Shown here piece by piece: positions 11,819 to 24,544 of a stretch of DNA of 44,288 nucleotides. The translations under genes were made by a program, and so were the position numbers. Numbering within the stretch: the first letter of the stretch is position 1; each line of letters opens with the position of its first letter. The notes under the pieces were generated by a model. It saw only the letters and a program-made list of their open reading frames with translations, had not been told where the DNA came from and did not search any database. This stretch comes from Parasitella parasitica NRRL 2501 (lineage: Eukaryota; Fungi; Mucoromycota), in contig MU619313.1 of assembly GCA_025201805.1 (NCBI GenBank), forward strand, positions 110,736-155,023, written 5' to 3'.

Positions 11819-14800
11819 ATGGATACTACATCTCAAATAGCAGCATTGAAAACACCAAAACCTACAATTGCATCTCGTAGGCCCATGCTCAATTCCCAGC
11901 GATCATTATCTGCTCTATCAATTAACACAAGTGCAACACACAGCGATTTACTAAAAAGAAATGTGAGCGACTCTTCGAATACTGGCAGTAATTGCCGCAC
12001 AACAAGTCCTACTCCTCCCCCCTTGTCGGCTTCCACTAGAATGAGCTCAGAAGAGCTTTCATCAAAGATCGCCGATAGTTTTCAGCAATTTTCAAGTATG
12101 CTATCTCAATTATCCAACAAGACATCATCCCAAAAATACCCAAATAAAGCAAATGCGGTTGTGAAATCTAGTGTGGTTACATTTTCAACTACTCCTGTCA
12201 CACCAGTACATGTTGTATCCTCAGGTCCTGCTGCTGCTATTGTCGTCCCCCCATTGTCACCTCTACCGCAATCGCAGCTATTACATGCAAAAATCAAGAG
12301 AAAATCCATTGATGAATCCAAGAAAAAGACTAAAAAGGCAGCGGCCCAAACGGAGGAAACTTTTAGCATCGATGACACAAAACTAGTATCTGAAGTCTAT
12401 TCTCATCATGCAGTTTTCAGTGAGCATGATAATTTAAACAATATCCCACTGTTGCTAGGCAACAGAAAACTGATTCAGCATTTATTATCCAGATGGTTAA
12501 ACCGTGCAGCATCCATTGGCGATCTGCATACGATGGAGCGTATGATATCTACCACTATCGTAGACATCAACGAAACAGACGACAAAAACACAGGGATCAC
12601 GCCGCTCATGTATGCTGCTTATTTTGGCCATGTCCAATGCTTGCAATTACTACTAGATCAAAAGCATAGTATTCAAATCAACCATCAAGACAAAAGTAAG
12701 TTTTCATTTCATGTCGTACATGCGATAATTGCATTTTAATAATTCCGCATTTTGATGTGAAAAAAGCAACTCATCATTTTCATAGACGGTTGGACAGCAT
12801 TGATTTGGGCTATTCATGGAAATCAGTTGGATACGGTGTCTGTTTTATTACGGCATGGTGCAGACAAGTCGATCAAGACCAAGCATGGCAGAACGGTGTA
12901 TCGATATCCTACTTTAATGGCTATAAAAGAGATTCTTGGACGAGAGCTAGCTGCACCGATCCCAAATACAACGCATATACCCCATAATTATGATAAATAC
13001 ATTCGAAAATCTATAGATAACGACGGTCATTTCAAGCATCATCATCATCAACACAAAGGCTCTAGCGGTACATCTTTTTCCAATTCAAACACAAACACCG
13101 AAATCACGGTGAATCCTAAAACACTGCCGCCTGACTTTAGTCAACTATTGCGCATCACACTACCTCCCAAAGAGCAACAGCAACGACGGAATCAAAAAGA
13201 CCCTGCTTACGTCTTGACCTCGGAAGAGGAGCAAGACATAAAACAGTGGGAAGCATCTCTCAAAGCATCCAACACATTCTCGTGGAATCAATGCCTTGCA
13301 GATCAAATGTTTGTGTTTAGCCAGGACGAAATGCACCATATGTTGTACCGTGCTCTGCATGTAACTAATACAAAATCGCTTGCCAATAAAAGCCCGTTGA
13401 GCAGTGAGTTATGGCAGCCCGCTAACATTGTTTTTTTAAGTGCTCGGTTTGCGCACTACTATTCGAGCAGGGAGCTATTGAACTTGCTACTGAATGCAAC
13501 AGCTGCGAAACTTTCGAGGATTATCAAGGTACCTACTAACTGTTTACCATGAAAAGCCCCAGACATCTAATGAAAATAACAATAGACTGCCTCCCGAGAC
13601 ACACAAACAATGGTATTTTGGATTGCCAATATGTGCCAGCTGTCAAGCTACCTAAAGAGAGACCCTGGCCTTTGCGTCGCCACGACAGAGGCTCAAGAAA
13701 CATTATCAGAATTGATATCTGAAGCATACAGCTATTTTATCACTGAGTCGCAAAAGAGACTCGGGAAAATCCTGTCTTCCATTATGGATTATGAGCCAAT
13801 TCATGAATTAAACCAAGTGAACTTTGCAGACGATTGGCAGCGTTTTTTCAGGCGAAGCAGCCACAACCCGAACAGCAGAAAATCGATTGACGTTTCATCC
13901 AGCAAATGTGCACCAGAATCAGCAGAGAGAAAGCATTCGCTCGATGCCGCCTCGTCAAGCAGTTCAGACGAAACAACGTGCATGCCGCAATCAATGACAC
14001 ACTTACTTACAGACCTACTGCACATGCTGCAATCCTACCACGTTCCAGCAGCGATTGTGATTCAAGCCATGGCGCAGTTCTTTCACTACCTATCCTGCGA
14101 GATATTCAACCGCGTGCTGACATACAAGAAATACCTGTGCCGTTCCAAGGCACTGCAGATTCGACTGAATCTATCCGCTTTGGAAGACTGGGTTCGCGTC
14201 CAAAAACTACCCGGCTCATTAAACCACTCCTTTGAGCCGCTTGTGCAGTTGCTCCAGCTCTTGCAATGCCTATCTCAATTGGACGATGTTCTTTTGTTTA
14301 GTAGTACAATCCAGACGTTCGACAAGCTCAACGCGCTGCATATAAAGCGGTGCACTCAAAATTATCGTTACGAGACAACTGAATCTCGATTACCAGATCA
14401 GGTCATTGAAATGGCCAATCAATGCGTATTAGATCACCAACTTTATTGGCGTAACCAGCAAAAAACATCGATCGAGATTGAGACGCGAGCAGCAAGGCCA
14501 GCGAGCATTTCCAGCCTGAATAGCTTGCTGTCTCCCACACGTCCTGGCTCATTGGAGTCGCCAACGACTGCATCACCAACGACTGCCACCACACCTACCA
14601 CCACAGCAACAATAACACCCGAAGAAAAGCGAAATTCCAAATATTTGCTTCCGTTTTCTATTTTGGAAACGACAGCATTACTTCAAGGTTGGACAAACGA
14701 ACAACACAAATATCTGAACGACAAGGATATCATGCTGTATTCAGATACCATCTACAAGGAAATCAAGCTGAAAAAGCAAGAGGAATTCAATGTATTGGAC

Positions 14801-14851
14801 AAGATATTTCCTACAATTACTGAGGAATGGCTGTATACCGTCGACAAATAA
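11819..14851 (+). CDS. Ankyrin-repeat and DIL (dilute) domain protein; 3 exons
   Basis: Ankyrin repeats (TGITPLMYAAYFGH, GWTALIWAIHGNQ). DIL domain (QFFHYLSCEIFNRVL...CRSKALQIRLNLSALEDW...LVQLLQLLQ). GT-AG introns at about 12696-12785 and 13529-13585. Confidence 0.85.
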
Positions 14852-15270
14852 AGACGTGTGTGGTTCTCTGTGTAGCAATGACAAAATCCCTTCTTTGTGT
14901 TTGAAAGAGCCTTTCTTTCTTTCTTTCTTTCTTTCCAGCATTTGATGTCTGTTTATACAATTTGCCCCGTTTGCAGTGCTGATTTATCAGCTTTATGGCA
15001 TTATTCGTGGTGTGCGCTTCAAAAGTAAGGGCTATTAGCTATAAAGATTAACAGATTGTGCCCTGATCTAACATTGGATACACTTGCACAATAGTGGACA
15101 TCATCATCACAATCCACGATACCGAGCCCCTGTGTCGAATGGTCTATGCTTTTACACCTTCTTTATAATTCATGAAAAAAAAATCTTAATGATATATAAC
15201 AAACACAAGATATAACGATAGCTTAAAATGCTAGTAATATCTTTAGAAAATGACCACCAGTTTTGCATGA

Positions 15271-15273
<3 letters not shown>

Positions 15274-15364
<91 letters not shown>

Positions 15365-15374
15365 NNNNNNNNNN
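15274..15374. other. Long poly-T run followed by a 10-N assembly gap
   Basis: About 90 T then nnnnnnnnnn at 15365-15374. Confidence 0.95.
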
Positions 15375-15448
15375 ACCCTTATAAATATATATATTATTCT
15401 CTTTGATTGCATGTATACTCTTCTTTCCTTTCTTTCGCCAACAATCAT

Positions 15449-16837
15449 ATGTCAAATAAAATTAAGGATAAAATTGTAGCATTTGGAAGGCACTTGACAA
15501 ATGATGAGCATAACTTTATAAATCAAATTGATAATGACACTGTCATTATTACACCAAGATACAACACATCAGGGCTTCAAGAACTAAAAGTAAGCACTCT
15601 CAAATGGTAATGCGGTTTATTACTTGGAACTGAAATTATTTCATACTCGTGTGTTAGGTGGGCGTCCTATTACCATTTAGTCAAAGCAATGATAACTTGA
15701 CGGCAGAGATAGTTTGGGGGTATATATATTTATAAATAGGCTTGCATAGTCTTTATTTCGTATACAGCTTATATATTCACTATTTCATATACATGCATAT
15801 ATAAAAGAGGCTCCTCTGCTATACGGATGGCTGCCAACATGATCAATCAACAACAGATCATTCCAGGTGCATACATTACCCTTATTGAAAAGGATTCATT
15901 TCCGAACAAAGATGCCGAAGATCAAGGCGCTGTAACTCAGGCCGTGTATGCCTCCGTTACTCTGCTACAGCAGGGTGTCATTGCTGTCATTGGTGATGTC
16001 TCTAGTTCTTGGACGACCCTGAGTGCGTTAATAACAAGTACCTTAGAAATACCGCAGTGTTCGTTTACTGCCAATGCTAGTAAGTATCTCTTTGTCCACC
16101 TTTTTTCCATGTTACCATGCCGACTCACACGCGCAAAAAGTCGGTTTCTCGGATAAGTCTCAATACAAATACTTTTATCGCACTATACCAACAAAAGTGA
16201 CACTGGCGGATGTCATGCTCGATTTTGTTGCAAGTCAGGGATGGAAAAACATTGGAGTCATTTACGAAAATCATCCATTAGGGCAGCAATGTAAGTACAA
16301 CGAGGCTTTATTTACAGCGTCATGGTCTGAATCTCTAGATTGTACACATATGCAGTCTATCAAAAAGTCATGAGCCAAGCTGGTTACCGCAACATCAATG
16401 TGATAAGCTATCAGCCCTTTATTTCCGCAGATACAACCGATTTACTGAAATACATAGAGTCAAGTGCCATGCGGATCATTCTAGTAGGTGTTACAGGCAC
16501 AAATCAAATCAGCCTCCTCAAACAGGCTGCGGAAAGAAATCTGACATCAGAGCAGTATGTTTGGCTGTTGATGGACGACAATTCGGCTAATCTGAGTGAT
16601 ATGATGCTCGCTGGTAGTCTGGATGGTGTTTTTATGTTTGATATGAAAATGTCGCTATACGGATATCCTCCCTTTGAAACATTTCTGGATGAGTGGACTC
16701 GTTTAGATCCGGAAGCGTAAATAATTTCTTTACCACATGTGCGATATATCAACTCATGACAATCATATTTACAAAGTTATCCCTATGCTGGAAGAAGAAA
16801 CGTATCAACGAATGAAGGGTATGTTGTATAGATTCAC

Positions 16838-16917
<80 letters not shown>

Positions 16918-19023
16918 ACTTGCATTTGTTCTAGGCCTGCTTTTTCGTGCATGATGACTCTGGCAAGAGGGTTTAATCAAACTGTATCCACCATCAGTGA
17001 CCACAAGTTAGGACTAGAAATGCTCTCAAATCGCTCACTGGGAGCCGTGATGACCCCGCGTGCCTTTGACACAGGTTATCTAAGCCCTGAAGGGCCCTTA
17101 CATTACGATAGTAATGGAGATTTGCTAACAGGGCAAGCCATTTCCTTTGCATTCGCATACAGTATAAAGACTAACGCGTACTGAATATATAGGAACCATC
17201 ATATTTACAACGTCCAATACGGTAGTCTTGTATCCATTGGTCGTAGCATTGCTGGTCGCTTAGAATTCACATCGCTTCCCAAGTATCATGATGGCACTAG
17301 TCAGGTATTTTTTTTTCTGCAGCCTTTTATATACAAATTATGTGTATCGTAATGCTTTATACAAAATAGTAGCCTCCAGCGGATTTGGCTCCTAGTCATG
17401 CATTAAATCCTGACTTTTCCAATTTGACATCTCAAATCATATTGGGCTTCACTGCCACCGGTATGTTGTTTACATGTCTTGTCCTCTTGCTGGTCATCTT
17501 CTTCAGAAAGCACGACATCTTCCGAGCATCGAGTCCTCTATTTTGCTGCTTTGAACTGCTAGGATTCTTGTTTACGTACGCGTCCGTCATATCCACTATG
17601 GGCATACCCACAAATGCTTCCTGCTTTCTGGTTCCAATCACATTCAATTTTGGCTTCTTGCTCGTTTTGGGAAACCTTATTGCAAAGAACTATCGAATAT
17701 ACCGCATATTCAACAATATATTTATATCGAGGACAGTGCTTACCGACTTCAAACTGATGAAATCAGTGTCGTTTATCATAGTTGTCAACATGACAGTCTT
17801 GATCATTGGATTGGCAGTGTCTCCACCTGAGCCGGTGCTTGTTCAAGTTACTCCCACAACACACTATTGGGTCTGTGATGCATCGCCAGCCATCAGCCGA
17901 ACCATATTTTTAAGCTTTGGTGCTATTTATGCCGGTGCCATGCTAATATTTGCAACGTTTTTAGCCTACAAGACGAGATTGGCCGGTAGACACTACGATC
18001 ATTATAATGAATGCAAGCAAATGGGCATATGCGTGTAGTAAGTACATCAATTCAGCCATAAATTACCCACACATTAACTAAACAGGTGTTCACATTTATA
18101 GCAACATTCTATTTTCTGCTCTGGTAGGATTCACAGCTATGATCAATCCACTGGCAAATTACTATCTCAAGTTCTATTCTGTTGCTGTTGCTATACTGTG
18201 GGCAACCACCTTTTCACTGGCAGTGCTGTTCATACCAAAAGTATATCTATTTTACAAGCAGTGGCAGAAAGCGACGACAGCAGATGAGCCGCCTTCATTT
18301 TCACCAACTACCACTGCCTGTCCAGAAAAAGAGGAAGTGGACGACGACCTGACGCTGTATTCATTTCTGAAATCAACAAATAAGGATCCATCCTCGTCGC
18401 ATTCTCCTAATTTTGTCGCGTTATCAAATGCTCACATTGCAGAGGACAACAAGAATATCAGCGTAGCGACAGAAGGCAGGTACGACAACACCAATGTATA
18501 CGTGGAGGTCCAAGAAGGCGATGTGCCCGTACGAAAAGCATTCAAGTATTTCCCGTTTCTATCCCAATGGAAGATGCGACGACTGATGATATTCCCGCGA
18601 CTTGGCTATATTTCTTACTACTCTGAAAAGACCAAGAAAGGCACAATGATTTCATACAGCCACGCGTCTGTTTGTAATAGCATAAACGAAGAAGAAGACT
18701 TTATATTGAAAATACACGGTCAGGATAAATACGATGTGTACATTCAGTTGGGTGATTTCATTACTATGGAGTCATGGAAAGCTTGTTTGAACCAAGATAT
18801 AATGAAGCAGCAAGAGCAGGAGGAGTATCTTTTTAGGAAAAGACCATCGTCAATCACCACCATCACCACCACCACAGCATCTACTTGCCACAACCGTCGT
18901 CCCCGTCGTCGAAGTAGAAGCCAACCTGTAAAAGAGCAGCCGTCGTATCCGTTACTAGTCTCTTCCGTATCTTCATCTTCATTATCCTCTTCGTTTCAGA
19001 AACAAAACAACGGAGAGCCTTAA
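15449..19023 (+). CDS. Class C (GABA-B/glutamate-like) GPCR: periplasmic-binding-protein (Venus flytrap) ectodomain, 7TM and PH-like cytoplasmic tail; multi-exon, start uncertain
   Basis: Ectodomain motifs LKVGVLLPF, GVIAVIGDVSSSWT, IPQCS, FSDKSQYKYFYRTIP, GWKNIGVIY. Seven hydrophobic helices with class C signatures IFRASSPLF, AKNYRIYRIF, LAYKTR...YNECKQMG and LFIPKV. Confidence 0.85.
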
Positions 19024-19644
19024 ATAAATTGCCATACGATGTTTTTCTAAGGAATACATGTTCACTTTGTTTGGCACATGAATAAACGGTATAGAATGTA
19101 GAATATTCCGGTTTTTTCTTCCTCTATTGCATCAAGTAAACACCCAAGTTTTGCTTATTGTGTAGCATTTGTTTGGGTCGGCGTGCTGGCAGCCTTCGGT
19201 ATCTTGCGACTCGATAATTTAAACATTCCATGTATACAACATTTATTTGAAGTTGTTTTTTTAGCTGAATCTGTGATGAATGGTTGAAAATAGAGCTTTT
19301 GGAAACTTTAATGTCGTCTATAACACAGGTGAATCGCATCCTTTGTATGTATTTGATGCAAGTAGAGTTTGCTCCAATTGCTCTAGCCGAAATATTGTTG
19401 GTCTGATTGCAGACTGGCTGGACCGTAATAGCAATAGAGCGAAAGCTCAGAACTAAGGTATTACAAGCATTGTACGTACATGAAATATGACAGGCAATGC
19501 ATAAATGGTGTTTATTTGGCTATGTATAAAATGCAGTAAAATACAGTAGATCATATCTTCACGGTGGATATATCAAGTGGTCCGTGAAATGATATGATAA
19601 GGAACGTAATCCAAACGAATATATAGATAGTACAAAAGCTTGCT

Positions 19645-22600
19645 TCAAAGGTTGTCGTATACATCTCCCATCCTCCCCGATAACCAGAACTCACGTTCTT
19701 CTTCTTCTTCTTCGTTGTCGCTATCGTCATTGTGTCTTCTCAATCGATGTCGTCTTCCAATTCTTGATAATGCAGCAATCATACTTCGCGTGATATATAT
19801 ATCTGAGCCAAGCGTCTGGTTATTTTGATGATTCAATGCAACGATTTCCTGCTCCTCATACAAATGGGACGATGCTGAATATGAGCTAGGGTTGTTTGGT
19901 TCCTTTCTTTTTAAAGTAGAGTGTGGTTTGGACTTTGGGGTAAATATTTTGGCTGTAGCATCGATGCCAGAGACAGCCAGGATTGGTAATGTAGGATGGC
20001 CCTTGGCTACATTAACAATGTCTCTATCTGCTTGCAAGATTTGAATAATTTTCGAAGTCTTTTTGTCCCACACAAAAAGGTACCCCCCGTCACTACCAGA
20101 CACAACGTATTCGCCATATGGCCCAAAGAAATCGACATCTTTAATGGTCTGCGCAAGACGTTTACGTGAGCTTAGCATTCCCACACCACTTTTGTTATCA
20201 CTATTTACCTCAATATTGCTATGTCCTGCATACTTTCTGCGTGGTCTCACTACACCCACATCTGCCTCCACAGATTGCTGCGTGCTTTCTCGAAACACAG
20301 CCAGCTCTTCCAAATCAAGGTCCGAGTCCTCGCTGTCGTCTCCTATGCCACCTCTTCTATAGATGTCCATGATTTGTCTACTCATGATACGGGTATATAA
20401 CGATACTTCATCTTCAGTCATGTGCTGATCCTCATCAATAGCTAATGAAGAAGTTGCTGATGATGATGAAGGTGAAGAAGCAGCAGTAACTCTCGTTGTT
20501 TGCGACTCGCTTGAGAGAGCCATGTCCCTCATGAAAAACTCTTCGACCTCTTGTGGACTGTACAGTGTAATGTACATGAGTTTTTCCCAAGTCCAACAAC
20601 TAACACCGCATTCTTCGATTTCCGCTTCGTCGTTCGACATATGCCCCTCACGAACTGCAGCATGTTGCCAATCAATAATGAATAAATGCATCATGCCCGA
20701 GTAGCTTCCATCGAACTGAGAGTAATTCGTTGCGGTGGGTGACAATGACGAGGTGGTAGCTGCCTCTTCTGCTTGCTTGAAAATTTCAAGTGCCTTCTTG
20801 ACATAGTCCAGCGATTTATCCAAACATGCCTTTCTATTATGTCCAGCAATTGACTCGTGTCCACCTCGCAATGCCCAATACCCAATGCCCAGGCACCAAT
20901 ACGCTTGCCACGTTTGTGTCGGCAGCAGCATCGCTTCTGCATCCTCCATCTTTTGCTGAATTTTTGTCAGTTCATATTCGAAAAAATACCGTGACCAAGC
21001 TGATTCGGGATCGTCATCTATTGTGCCTGAAAACCAGCTTTCTCTTCCTGTGCGCAGTTGACAAACAAGGTGCGCATCCATCATATATACACACGCAACG
21101 CCTATGCGACCATTTAAATCCATTGCCGGATGGTTTTTTTGAAGATCGTCATAAAAGTTGGCGATTGCGCTACTTGCAAAGCCATATTCCATCACCAGGA
21201 ATATACCTTCCCATGCATGTTTTAAATCAGGCGTTCTATTATCTAAAGATAAAGATGTTTCTACTGCTGCTGCTGCTGCTGCTGCTGATGGTGTTGTCGA
21301 TGATGACGAAGACGAAGACGAAGACGTCCACGATGATAAGGATGATGCTTCATTAGGCCATGTTCGACTTCTATTGCCATTGTCATCGGCGCTCCTGTTG
21401 GTGTTATTTACAATAGACGAATGAACAACATCGTCATTTATGTTGAACAAGAAGATGCCATCCGAAGACCAACTGCCTAAAAGTTCGTATCCGTTCGTAT
21501 CACTGAATTTGCATGCTGTAATGTGTTTCTCGGGTCGGCTAATGCCATCCAAAGTAGGTGAAAACCGCTTTATGCATCTCAATCTTTCCATTTTGTTGCC
21601 GCTTGGGGTGCTTTTGTTGAAGTCTCTGCCATTTGCTGTCATTCGGTCGTCGTGTAAGTAGATGTAATCATTCATGCCGGCCACAGCAAAATAATGCGGA
21701 AACAGCTTACTTATCGACATGCTATTTAGCTCGATATTGTATTGGCCATAATCCACAATCGGATTGGAGCAGCCAAAATGCAAGTCTTTACATTCAGGCA
21801 GCGGGTGCTGTCGAGCAGGTTTGCTTTGCGCAGTGATAAATGATCTTACGTTATGTGGTGAGCACATGTGCGGTGTTCTTCTATCAAAATGTCTAACAGT
21901 GCCTACGAACCTAGATGTTAATCAACGGTATATCTGCTTGTATGTATAAGAGAGAAAAAAAAAAGAAAAAGCCCTCCCCTCCCCAGTGATATAATTATAT
22001 ACATACCATCTTGTGAGCATGTCAGGAATTCAAACGGATTTCCATCATAAACGCATATCTTTTTTAGCTGATCACTGTGACAGACATACATGGAATCCAG
22101 CTGCTTTTCTGGGTTGGCTAGGTCAAATATCCGGATTTCTGAATCACCCGCCCCCGAAATGATAATGTTGTCGGATGTCTGTGGCATGAATTTTGCTGAA
22201 AAGATGTTTGCTCGGTGGCCTGGGTTGTTTGTCAGCCTGCTATATTGTGCCTCTGCTAGAATTTACGTATATACCTGTGTCGATGGTTGCTGCTATTTCG
22301 TAATTTTCAAACGGCAGGTAGATGTTGAGTTTTGTATCGTCTGATCCAGTGAGCAGCTTATCTCCTGCTGACGACCATCTACGTTTTAGGCTGGTTAGAT
22401 TGCCCATTAGCTACTAGTAAAACAGACTCACTCTAGTGTATTAACACACCCCGTGTGTCCAGGTAGCTCTCTTTCCAGCGTCATATGCGACATGATGTAT
22501 TGGTCGGAACACACCTGTTTATCTAATTTGCATCCCATTAGCAAAATCACACACACCAAGCAGCAGTAAAGTCAACCGCTCACCGAATAAGCGAGTAGGT

Positions 22601-22647
22601 CCAAATTGTCTTCTATGTCGCAATCTTTTTTGTATTCCAGCCGACAT
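19645..22647 (-). CDS. WD40-repeat DDB1-CUL4-associated factor (DCAF6/DCAF8/WDTC1 family) with a central helical insert
   Basis: Spliced N-terminus LERELPGHTGCVNTLEWS...LLTGSDDTKL, GHRANIFSAKFMP, SGAGDSEIRIFD, FLTCSQDGTVRHFD. C-terminal YAGHSNIE-TIKDVDFFG, VVSGSDGGYLFVWDK and LAVSGIDATAKIF. Confidence 0.85.
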
Positions 22648-23149
22648 TCTATTTCAGAGTCTTGTTGAGTAAAAAGAAAAAGGAAAAAGTCTACTCGTCG
22701 AAAAAAAAAAATTAAAAGGTGATAGCAAGGTGACGCAAACAAGCCGAAATATCCATCATGCCATGTCCGTATGTCTCTGCTGTGTGCATGTGTGTGTGTA
22801 CAGTCAAACCTTGGAAATTGGCGTTTTCACAAAAATAATTGTCACTTGCATAAAAATGAGGTTATAAATTTTTCAGATTTCTAAAACAATACGATTTGTG
22901 TAATACCTGTACTACGACAAGTTCTTTATAGAAATTACGTGAATTGGAAAGAAACCTGTAAAAATTTGTGCATGTCATAAGTATTACATTTCTTCCCCAT
23001 TATCAATACACAAAGCAAAATAATTACTAACAATATGGACCACAATACTATTGAAAATGATTTGATTCTTTTATTGCATGCTAGAAGTATGTGTGAATCT
23101 ACCAAAAGACAAAGAGTAAAATATTGAGTGTTTAATTTTGGAGGGATTG

Positions 23150-24030
23150 ACAGATCAAAACCGCCTACGGCCTATTCTTGGTTCCTTGTTCGTTGAGCAA
23201 ATAATTGCTATAACAATCCAGTAAAGTCATCACCTCTTCTTTCAATGACTGGACTAGATGAAGTAAAGACGGGAGTCTTCATTGTCTTAATATTATTAAT
23301 ACTGTTATTTCCTTTGTCTTCTCGCTGTGATGAATTTCACCTTCCAAAGACATCTTCTGCAACATCTTAGCGGCAACCTCTTTATCTTTCAACTCTTGAG
23401 CTCTCTTGCTTTTGTGCGCGGCAGCAGCGGCTTTATCATCGCTTCTCCACATGAGAATGTGAAAATTACTGTATCGTCTTATTTGTTAACATCGCATTTA
23501 CCTCCTCCAAGCTTTGCGAGCTGCTTTCTCCATTTCAGAAGTATAGTTACTACTACCTGACTTGTTGTTCTAAGTCTTTCCGTAAAGGTGCTCATCAATT
23601 TTTCAAACCTTTCTTGATCAACTTGTCTCTTTGAACTATTTGGTCACTATCTATACTATTCACACCCTCAAAAACCTTTTCCCATTGTTGTATTTGTTCA
23701 CCGTGGACTACACCATGTGGTCGAAATTTCACATAAGCTTGAAGAAGCTCTAGTGTCCTTACACATCTCTCTACATTAATGCAGCGAGGAGTCTTGTTTG
23801 CCTTTACTGTTGTTAACAACACATGACTGCTGGTTCCTGATCTTTGACGTTTTCTTCCGCCATCAGTTTCATCATGTTGAAAGTCTATTCAATAAAATAT
23901 TTATAACCTAGCAAAGTCTCTAATTTTGGCCAAGAATATTTGTCCATGCCAAGTAATTAAATTAGGCGGTTAAGTTACAATATTGTCCCTCTTCTTCTTT
24001 ACTGAATTTTGTTACTTTCTTTAATAGCAA
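23150..24030 (-). pseudogene. Decayed Myb/SANT-like DNA-binding gene of the kind carried by PIF/Harbinger elements
   Basis: ELLQAYVKFRPHGVVHGEQIQQWEKV...QRDKLIKK, then a frameshift to RFEKLMSTF, with further frameshifts before coiled-coil-like fragments (SEMEKAARKAW, KRAQELKDKEVAAKMLQKM). Boundaries approximate; family is inference. Confidence 0.45.
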
Positions 24031-24544
24031 TGGAAAATACAAAGAAAGGAGATAATGTATTATTTTACTTTTTATATACAAAAAAAAGAAATAGTATTAT
24101 CTGTTTTGATTATTATGGCCGCAAAAAAAAAGTAAGGTGATAGAATGCTGGAAGTATCAGCCGAAATACCATTTGTTAGTGAAGATTACCCAGAATGTGG
24201 CGCTAGTTTCAGGAGATTTTTATTTAATAATGCCATAGCGAAGATCATGTTCGTCATAAAAGATTAATCACGATAGTCAGCTTGAAGCGAAACAAATGTA
24301 ATAATGCCCTTACAAATCAAACTTTTTTTGCTAGAAAAGGACTTGACCTTGGCCTCAAAAGAAAGGAGGTTTGCAAAAAGCACAATAGATAAAACAGCCA
24401 AAGCGAGACATTGTGAGTAGTAATTATGTAAACTGCCTTTCTCATATTTTTCTGCTTACCAAACGTATGATCTAAAAAAGCCTAAAGGCAATGATCAATA
24501 CCGTGATGAATACAAGGAGATAAAAAAAACACCAGGTTTTACTG

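Noticed and set aside
15170-15479. Poly-Lys and poly-Phe ORFs
   Set aside because: Artefacts of the poly-T run and the N gap.
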